A stretch of DNA of 64,000 nucleotides from Candidatus Babeliales bacterium (GTDB lineage: Bacteria; Babelota; Babeliae; Babelales; Vermiphilaceae), in assembly GCA_963743635.1 (NCBI GenBank), contig CAVUQO010000002.1, positions 448,001-512,000 of the forward strand, read 5' to 3'. Below, one piece after another: positions 57,277 to 64,000 of this stretch. The notes under the pieces are model-generated. The model was given only the letters and a program-made list of their open reading frames with translations. It ran no database searches and had not been told where the DNA came from. How positions within the stretch are numbered: the stretch's first letter is position 1; the number at the start of each line of letters is the position of its first letter. The position numbers and the translations under genes are program-made.

Positions 57277-58845
57277 TTATTCTTGCGTTGCTGTCTTTGT
57301 AGCTTTGCGTTCCGCTATATTTTTTCGTACTCTCGGCAATGTCGTTTCCCACATTGGCTTCATGCCTTTGATTCCTTTGTAGTATTGCGTAGCTTCTTTT
57401 TGAATTTCCATAAGTTTTTCTGGATCATATTCACCGTTTAATTGAATGATGTAGCTATTATCAGTAACAAATTGAGAGAAAAGGATAGCATGCTTTAAGG
57501 GATCCTTTTTAACAGAGATTATGTTTGCTGGATCAATGGTCATTACATGCCCTTTCAGGCCTCCTACTTCTTGAGTTGACGTAAATTCACTCTTTTCACC
57601 AAGGGGAATTTTTGTTCTCGGATGAAACCATTCACCTTCGCCAAATAAGGCCGTTAATGTTGAGAAAGGAGCAATGAAAAATAAATCTTCATTATTGGTT
57701 GTTATGTAGTCCTTTTTATTCACGAAAAGTGCATAGCCTGCTCTTCTGTATTCTAACCAATAGTAAGCACTAGCGCTCTCATCTCTTAAGCTACCAGCAA
57801 GGAGCGAATTGCCGAAAGATATAGAATAAGGAGCACTTTTATGTTCTTTATATGCTTGTTCAAAATTCTCATTGCCATATACCGTAGTGGCTATTAAATA
57901 TTTTTCATGGTGACTGATGTCGGTGTCCATTGTTTTAAATTGGCTGAAAGATGTTCCTCGTATGAGCAATGCTTTGTTGAATTGTCTGGCCTTGTATTCT
58001 GCTGTGATAATAATAGAAAATAGTGTATTACTTGTTGGATTATAGAGCATTCTAGCTATTCGGTATGGTATTCTCACTTTTACATTTACATCCAAGATTT
58101 CATGAGGGTTTGCATTGTGCTTGAGCATAGTTCGCAGCTCGGTTAATAAACGGTAGGTGATTCCATCAGATTCATTGTTAAGTGCATCTGACAAAGCGAG
58201 TGCATGAGGAGATGCCGTAAGATGTGGATAGTTTGTAAATACCCAAGCCGTCAGTGCTTGATTGACGTAATCGTGAGCGCTATTATTACCGTTGAATAGG
58301 ATCTTGTTATATTTTGCATAATAATCTTGAATGTTTTTACGTATTGTAAGAGGATTTTCATTGCTTTCTAATTTGTCCTTAAGGGTAAAATTTTCAGTTA
58401 CCAAGTTGATTACTTCTTTACGAAGCGGGTTTGGGGCATCGGATTCAAATGTCTTGATGATGGCAAATAATTCGTATAAACAGGTGGGAAAGAACACAAC
58501 GCGATAGCTGTTATTGCCCGTTTCTTGCTGTATTTTTTTTTCGATCCAAATTTCTTCTGCATTGGGTTTATCGGGCATAAAAAGATCACCCGTTTCGGCG
58601 AGTATTTTAGTTCGCTCATTTAAAGGAGCTAAGGCGAGCGCAGCGCTCATAGGCCATTGATATTTGAGGAGTATTTCTTCGATTTTCACTTTGTTTTCGT
58701 TATCTGATTCATCGAGGGCAGTAAAACCTGCGTCAGTCTGCTTCATAATGAGCAGTTCAGCGCGTATTGGCATGTGAACGGTCACTGCACCCAGGGCCAG
58801 GGTGATTGCGAGTATACGGGTCAGGACTTTCAGGGGTTTCTCCAT
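57277..58845 (-). CDS. Secreted hypothetical protein, tandem paralog A
   Basis: Signal peptide; motifs RVVFFPTCLYELF, LIRG.SF, PYS.SFGNSL, NKKDY, LFFI, GE.FH shared with paralog B. Confidence 0.8.
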   Translation of the reverse strand: MEKPLKVLTRILAITLALGAVTVHMPIRAELLIMKQTDAGFTALDESDNENKVKIEEILLKYQWPMSAALALAPLNERTKILAETGDLFMPDKPNAEEIWIEKKIQQETGNNSYRVVFFPTCLYELFAIIKTFESDAPNPLRKEVINLVTENFTLKDKLESNENPLTIRKNIQDYYAKYNKILFNGNNSAHDYVNQALTAWVFTNYPHLTASPHALALSDALNNESDGITYRLLTELRTMLKHNANPHEILDVNVKVRIPYRIARMLYNPTSNTLFSIIITAEYKARQFNKALLIRGTSFSQFKTMDTDISHHEKYLIATTVYGNENFEQAYKEHKSAPYSISFGNSLLAGSLRDESASAYYWLEYRRAGYALFVNKKDYITTNNEDLFFIAPFSTLTALFGEGEWFHPRTKIPLGEKSEFTSTQEVGGLKGHVMTIDPANIISVKKDPLKHAILFSQFVTDNSYIIQLNGEYDPEKLMEIQKEATQYYKGIKGMKPMWETTLPRVRKNIAERKATKTATQE

Positions 58846-58854
58846 TTCATATTC

Positions 58855-60573
58855 CTACTCTTTCTTTTGAATAGGTGCGGATGGTTCTGTAGTCTCTTGC
58901 GTTGTCGTCTCTGTATCTTTTCTTTCCGCTATATTTTTTCGTGCTCGTGGCAATACCGTTTCCCACATTGGTTTTGCGCCTTTGATTCCTTTGTAGTATC
59001 CCGCAGCTTCTTTTTGTGTTTTGAGTACATTTTCTGCAAACTGCTTTTCTTCTGGGGTTAATTGACTTGGATCACCAGTTTGAATGATGCGGCCATTCTC
59101 CGCAAGGAACTCAGAAAAAAGTGCCGCATGTTTTAATGGATCTCTCGTGATGAGAATCACCCCTGTTGGATCCTCGATACTATCATAGAGGCCCATGACG
59201 TCTATCGATCCTTTCGGTTTTACGGCTAGCGCCGCCTTTGAGCGTGCATGAAAAAATTCACCTCTGAGAAATAGTGAGGTCAATGGAGATATTGGAGGAA
59301 TGAAGAATAATTGTCCATTTTGGTGCTCAACATAATCTTTTTTATTGATTAATACTGCATAACCAACCGTTTTGAAAGGGGATTCTGAGGCGTGTGAGTA
59401 TGCTCTTTCGCCCGTTAGAAAGTTGTAGGCACATGCAGTCCGATCTCGCAGAGCGCCATCAAAGAGAGAATTGCCAAAAGATACCGAGTATGGTCTGGTT
59501 TCTTTTTCTTTATAGGCTAGTTCGAACGGCTTAGTGATGAGGATCTTTTTTTTAATATCGTATTGTCGGTGTTCTTGTAATACGGTGCTCCCGGCGATCA
59601 TTTTTTTATTGGCATCATTTTCAAGCAGCTGTTTAAATTCTTCAAAAGAGGAGCCGCGGATTAATATTCCTTTGTTGAGTTCTCGTGCTTCATACTCTAA
59701 TGCTATGTAGGTACTGATGAGTTTATTGCGCGGTTCATCTTTAAGATCATTTATTAATTGTTGCCCATAGTTTCTTGCATCAGAATCTCTCGGTTCATAT
59801 TGAAATACGGGCCGGTACAGTGACGTCAGTTGTGTAATTAATTTTGTTTTTATATCTTCTATTTTACTGTGAATGGCCTCTGATAACGCAGCTGAATCTT
59901 TGCTTTGTTTTAGATCAGGGTATTCGGTTAAAAGCCAAGCAGTGAGCTTGTGATTGATATAGATATAGGCGCTGTGATCTTCGCCCATAAAGATTTTGTT
60001 GGCCTTCATATACAAATCATTAATCTTCGTGCGAATTACTTGAGGACTGTCGTTACTCGCGATAATTTTTCCCAGCTTAATTTTACCTTCATCATATTGA
60101 TCCCAGAGGTCGTACGAATCGTAAAATAGCTTTTTTATTGCGGCTTGCAGCGGATTATTAGTGCTTTGTGTAGTCAAAGTTTCATAGATTACAAAAAGCT
60201 CATATAAGCAGGTGGGAAAAAAAACTACTCTCAATGATGGAGCAAGTGGATCATCTTTTTTAAAAAGAGAGTAGTTGGCGAGTGCTTTTTCAGCAGCGCG
60301 TTCTTCTATGCGTGCATTATTTGGTTTTAAAACTTCTTCTCGCTGGATGTGTTGATGTTCGCTTGAGATGTCCATGGGCCACTGGCAGGCCATTAATACT
60401 TCTTGCATTGGTGCTTCTTTTATATCGTTATTCTTTTCATCCAGAGGCGCAAATCCTTCTTTTGTCTGCTTCATAATGAGCAGCTCAGCGTGGATCGGCA
60501 TGTGAGCGGTCACTGCGCCTAAGGTCAGGGTAATTGCAACTATGCGGGTCATTATTTTCATAGGTCTCTCCAT
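58855..60573 (-). CDS. Secreted hypothetical protein, tandem paralog B
   Basis: N- and C-termini nearly identical to 57277-58845 (YYKGIKG.KPMWET.LPR.RKNIAERK). Confidence 0.8.
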   Translation of the reverse strand: MERPMKIMTRIVAITLTLGAVTAHMPIHAELLIMKQTKEGFAPLDEKNNDIKEAPMQEVLMACQWPMDISSEHQHIQREEVLKPNNARIEERAAEKALANYSLFKKDDPLAPSLRVVFFPTCLYELFVIYETLTTQSTNNPLQAAIKKLFYDSYDLWDQYDEGKIKLGKIIASNDSPQVIRTKINDLYMKANKIFMGEDHSAYIYINHKLTAWLLTEYPDLKQSKDSAALSEAIHSKIEDIKTKLITQLTSLYRPVFQYEPRDSDARNYGQQLINDLKDEPRNKLISTYIALEYEARELNKGILIRGSSFEEFKQLLENDANKKMIAGSTVLQEHRQYDIKKKILITKPFELAYKEKETRPYSVSFGNSLFDGALRDRTACAYNFLTGERAYSHASESPFKTVGYAVLINKKDYVEHQNGQLFFIPPISPLTSLFLRGEFFHARSKAALAVKPKGSIDVMGLYDSIEDPTGVILITRDPLKHAALFSEFLAENGRIIQTGDPSQLTPEEKQFAENVLKTQKEAAGYYKGIKGAKPMWETVLPRARKNIAERKDTETTTQETTEPSAPIQKKE

Positions 60574-60967
60574 TTTTCTTACGAATGGCGACACCCATAG
60601 GGGTAGATGCCGCCACTGTATTATTTATTCTCTTTGAATTTTATCAAGATCCGGGTGGGGGAAGCAAGAGATTGGCAAAAAAGGACCGGATATGGGTGCA
60701 AATTTGAGCGACTTACAGGTTCAAGTTGTCGAGACTGAGGGGGTGGTTTTGCTTGTGTTGTATCATTCAGATAGAATATTTTGGCAAGAATGGTCCTTAG
60801 TGTGGTCATGAATTTTGCAATTGCCCATTACTGGAGCGATTTTTGTAAGAGTTTTTCTGAGTATTGAATTTGCGTCTACATAGTCCATTTATATTGACTT
60901 TTTGATCAAAAAGTTCACACTTGAATTCTTATTTTTTATCTCTCTATAACGATTTTGAGGATTTCAT

Positions 60968-61825
60968 ATGAAGAAATTAATAATAATAGCAGCTAGCCTA
61001 CTTTCGTTCAGTGCCATCTATTCGATGGATAAGGGTGAAAGTCCGGCCAAAAATACCTTTAGTACCTCCGACATGCGGGCATCCTTAGGAGAAATTGAAA
61101 TAAAGCCTGAGGCTAAACGATCTTATTATTACGAAGGAAATGAGGTCGATGAGTTTTCTCAGATAATAGAAAGAAAAGTTAAAGCAGCAGGTAGCTCATC
61201 CAGTTCGCAGGCTGATAAAGCGGTGGTTCCTTCTCAAACGGCACCAGTACTGCCATATCCACGCTGTTATTTTTCGAACGACATCAAAGCTGCATTTTTA
61301 AATTGCATTGCAAATGAGCAAAAAGGAATGCGTGGCGCCTGGTATCGATTTACTTTGTACGATGCGGCTTCGGCTATGGTTAAGGGCATGAAAGAAAGAA
61401 ATATGACCATTAAATTGGTGATAGATGAAAAGCACCTTACTGATGATTTTTGTTCTCCGCTGAGGCAGGTTATCAATAACGGAGGCACTGTGTTTAAGAT
61501 TACTCAGAAAGGATTTTCTCATAATCCAGGTAATTTTGAAATTATGCATCATAAGTTTATGATATTTCGTAAAAACGTGAATGATAAAAAACTTCTCTGG
61601 ACAGGCTCATGGAATGCAACTGGCCAGGCATCTTCAAAAAATTGGGAAGATGCTCTTATTATAGATGATTCGGAGACCATTGCGCGGTACGAAGAGAGAA
61701 TGACGGAACTTGAAAAGCATAGTGTTGCGATTCAATCTAACCAGTGTGTGAGTGGCAAAGATACCGATCCGAGTATTAATTTTGCCCGCCGCATGAACGG
61801 AATACCTCAACTCTCTCAGTACTAA
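60968..61825 (+). CDS. Single-domain phospholipase D-family protein (Nuc/PLDc_2-like) with signal peptide
   Basis: MHHKFMIF...WTGSWNAT...NWED; Y.FT and LVID motifs. Confidence 0.85.
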   Translation: MKKLIIIAASLLSFSAIYSMDKGESPAKNTFSTSDMRASLGEIEIKPEAKRSYYYEGNEVDEFSQIIERKVKAAGSSSSSQADKAVVPSQTAPVLPYPRCYFSNDIKAAFLNCIANEQKGMRGAWYRFTLYDAASAMVKGMKERNMTIKLVIDEKHLTDDFCSPLRQVINNGGTVFKITQKGFSHNPGNFEIMHHKFMIFRKNVNDKKLLWTGSWNATGQASSKNWEDALIIDDSETIARYEERMTELEKHSVAIQSNQCVSGKDTDPSINFARRMNGIPQLSQY

Positions 61826-61971
61826 TTTAATGTTAAAAAGCGGGCCACATGTTTTAAATATGTGGCTCGCTTTTCATTTTCTAGCCGTTTTTTTCGTTAT
61901 TAGGTACGCTTATAATAAGTCTATTTTGGTATACATCTCATATGCATTCTACGCAATAACGAGGAATATTT

Positions 61972-63723
61972 ATGTTTAAGAAACTATCGATCGTAAGTTT
62001 AATCAGTACATTGCTGGTGGCGGATTCCTTGCATGCAGCGGAAACAGCTCCGCTTAGCATACCTGAAGGCGTACTCACGAGTGCAGGCATACCTGCAGCG
62101 TTTGTAGCTCATTTTGCGCTCTTTATTTCATGCGTGCTCTTATGGACATTGCTGTGTGGCGCCGTATTGAAATATTGTTTTCGGCTACCCATCATAGCAG
62201 GACAAATTATGGGTGGCATTCTGCTTGGGCCATCTCTCATTAATATACGTTCATATACTATTTTTAGTGAACCACTTGAATTTGTGGATGTGGCGACTGC
62301 GCAGGTATATTCTCTGATGTCCTTCGATTTATTTGTGTTCACGCTTATTTTAATTTCTTCGACGCTCACCGTTTCTTATTTGCTCTGGATTGCGGGACAT
62401 GAAACGGATGTGCACGATTTGGTGAAAGTAGGGTTAACGGCAACAACGGCCGGTATTTTGGGTGCATTGCTGCCCATTGGTATGACCGTGCTGGTTATGT
62501 ATATGCTCTTAAGTTTCGGATATAGTTTTGTGCAAGCCGTTGGACTGGGATTGATTTTAGCAGCGACGAGTGTATCCATTCCCGTTGCGATGCTAGTTTC
62601 GCAAAAAAAGATGCATTTAAAAAGTTCAAAAGCAACGCTGGGTGCGGCGATTATAGATGATGTGTTTGCAGTTATTTTGCTTTCACTCTTTTTCATCCTG
62701 GTACAACAAGAATCGCTTGGCGTTGGTACGCGCGTTAGAAGCAGCGCCGCATCATGGTGGATCACTGCTGGTATCACTTTCATATATGCTTTTTGCGGGC
62801 ATTATTATATTTTTGACCGGTTATTTTGTAATTCCACGATTATTGCTCTGGTTAGAAAAACATCAATATTCATATCTCATTGCCTCGGTGGCGAGTGGCA
62901 TGATGCTGCTGTATTTTGCATTTGCCGAACTCGTTGGCGGCCTTGCCGGTATTACAGGCGCCTATTTTATTGGTCTCTTTCATAGAATGGGCGATGCTGA
63001 GCATAATGCGGAAAAAACTATTTCTCCGTATGTGAATACCTTTTTATTACCGCTGTTTCTGGCTTCAATTGGTTTGCAGATTGATATGCATGTCCTAGCC
63101 CTTCATGAATGGCTTGTCGTTGGATTGCTTCTGGTGATCGCAATCGTTTCAAAGCTGATTGGCTGTTGGATAGCGACGAGTATCAGCAATCTTGTTGCGG
63201 GCAACGATGCTGCACAGCATTGGACGCTCTTGGAAACCTATATTTTCGGCTCATCAATGGTTGCGCGGGGTGAGGTAGGCTTGGTGGTCAGTACTATTTT
63301 ACGGGGTACTGGGCTGATTACGAGCCCGCAGTATACGATTGCCGTTGTGGTCATCGTTTTGACCACGATCGCAACGCCAATCATGCTTGCTATTGGTTTT
63401 TCAATCGAGGATACGCTGTCCGGCATCTCCAGGTGCCGAACCTGAGATGTATCGTAAAAATATTGGGCGCTTTAGCCACATAGGTACTGCCCAGATGTTT
63501 GATATTATCATCGGGGTTCTAGAACAGTCAGAAGCCTATAAAACTACCATACAGCTTTCAGAAGGCTGTCGGATAGTCACCATTGATGGATACCAGGTTA
63601 AAATCATCATGTGCCCTGATGAAGGGGATCATCGTTGAAGGCAATTCGGCCCAGGTTCACCGCATAATGGCCACCGTCCAAAAGGCCATTAATGAGGATG
63701 CGGGACGGCTTTCTAAGGTTTAA
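61972..63723 (+). CDS. Cation:proton antiporter (CPA2/Kef-like), split by about three frameshifts
   Basis: LP.I.GQI..GILLGPS, GHETD, ATSVSI, AAIIDD, LFLASIGL, MVARGEVG across ORFs 61972-62985, 62657-63445 and 63387-63638. Confidence 0.85.
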
Positions 63724-63839
63724 AAGGCCCTTTTAGGGTGTTTGTCCTTTACAAAGGGCGTGGTTTTAGGGATAATAAGATAAGGATTTATCCCGTTTTT
63801 AGAAGTTATTATCAGCTGATTGATCGAAGGTTTATTATT

Positions 63840-64000
63840 ATGAAAAAAGATATCCATCCAGAGTTGCACGAAATAAACGCGCAATGTACCTGCGGACATG
63901 TGATTCCAACAGAATCAACACGTTCTGAAATTAAGGTAACTCTCTGTTCAAACTGTCACCCATTCTATACTGGCGAACAACGCTATGTTGATACTGCTGG
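63840..64000 (+). CDS. rpmE: 50S ribosomal protein L31 (Zn-binding type), truncated by window end
   Basis: Hand translation MKKDIHPELHEINAQCTCGHVIPTESTRSEIKVTLCSNCHPFYTGEQRYVDTAG. Confidence 0.96.
   Translation, partial: MKKDIHPELHEINAQCTCGHVIPTESTRSEIKVTLCSNCHPFYTGEQRYVDTA

Noticed and set aside
60586..60614. GC-rich hairpin upstream of paralog B as a riboswitch
   Set aside because: Single imperfect stem with no recognisable aptamer motif

Overview
A 64-kb bacterial chromosome segment. It most resembles an intracellular protist-associated bacterium such as Candidatus Dependentiae/Babelota (TM6). That assignment is an inference from gene content: many signal-peptide proteins with ankyrin, RING, cPLA2 and MutS-V domains, YVTN beta-propellers, and few housekeeping genes. 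Housekeeping content is limited to sppA, a tRNA-Val/Asn/Asp cluster, a beta-CASP nuclease, a CysH-family reductase, a YccA/BI-1 protein, a CPA2 antiporter and the start of rpmE. A decayed island with a large serine recombinase and a primase is integrated at tRNA-Asp (about 8.9-16.3 kb). Two small inserts (hicAB; AAA_14 ATPase plus RimJ-like GNAT) are each flanked by a 32-48 bp duplication of a neighbouring gene end. A family of nested palindromic REP-like repeats occupies intergenic space, and one copy lies in frame inside a gene. The most interesting signals are: (i) many predicted exported proteins, several from normally cytosolic enzyme families, whose predicted mature chain begins with Met; (ii) a shared C-terminal FN3-like domain on three unrelated surface proteins, one encoded next to a small beta-barrel; (iii) two MutS-domain-V ATPases with signal peptides, membrane segments and conserved upstream motifs; (iv) a protein with 12 uninterrupted CxxCxxx heptads; (v) a paralog pair with a possible ADP-ribosyltransferase-like R-S-E motif. 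Several frameshifts may be long-read indel errors rather than true pseudogenes. No CRISPR array or rRNA was seen. All family assignments are from motif recognition only, with no database searches.
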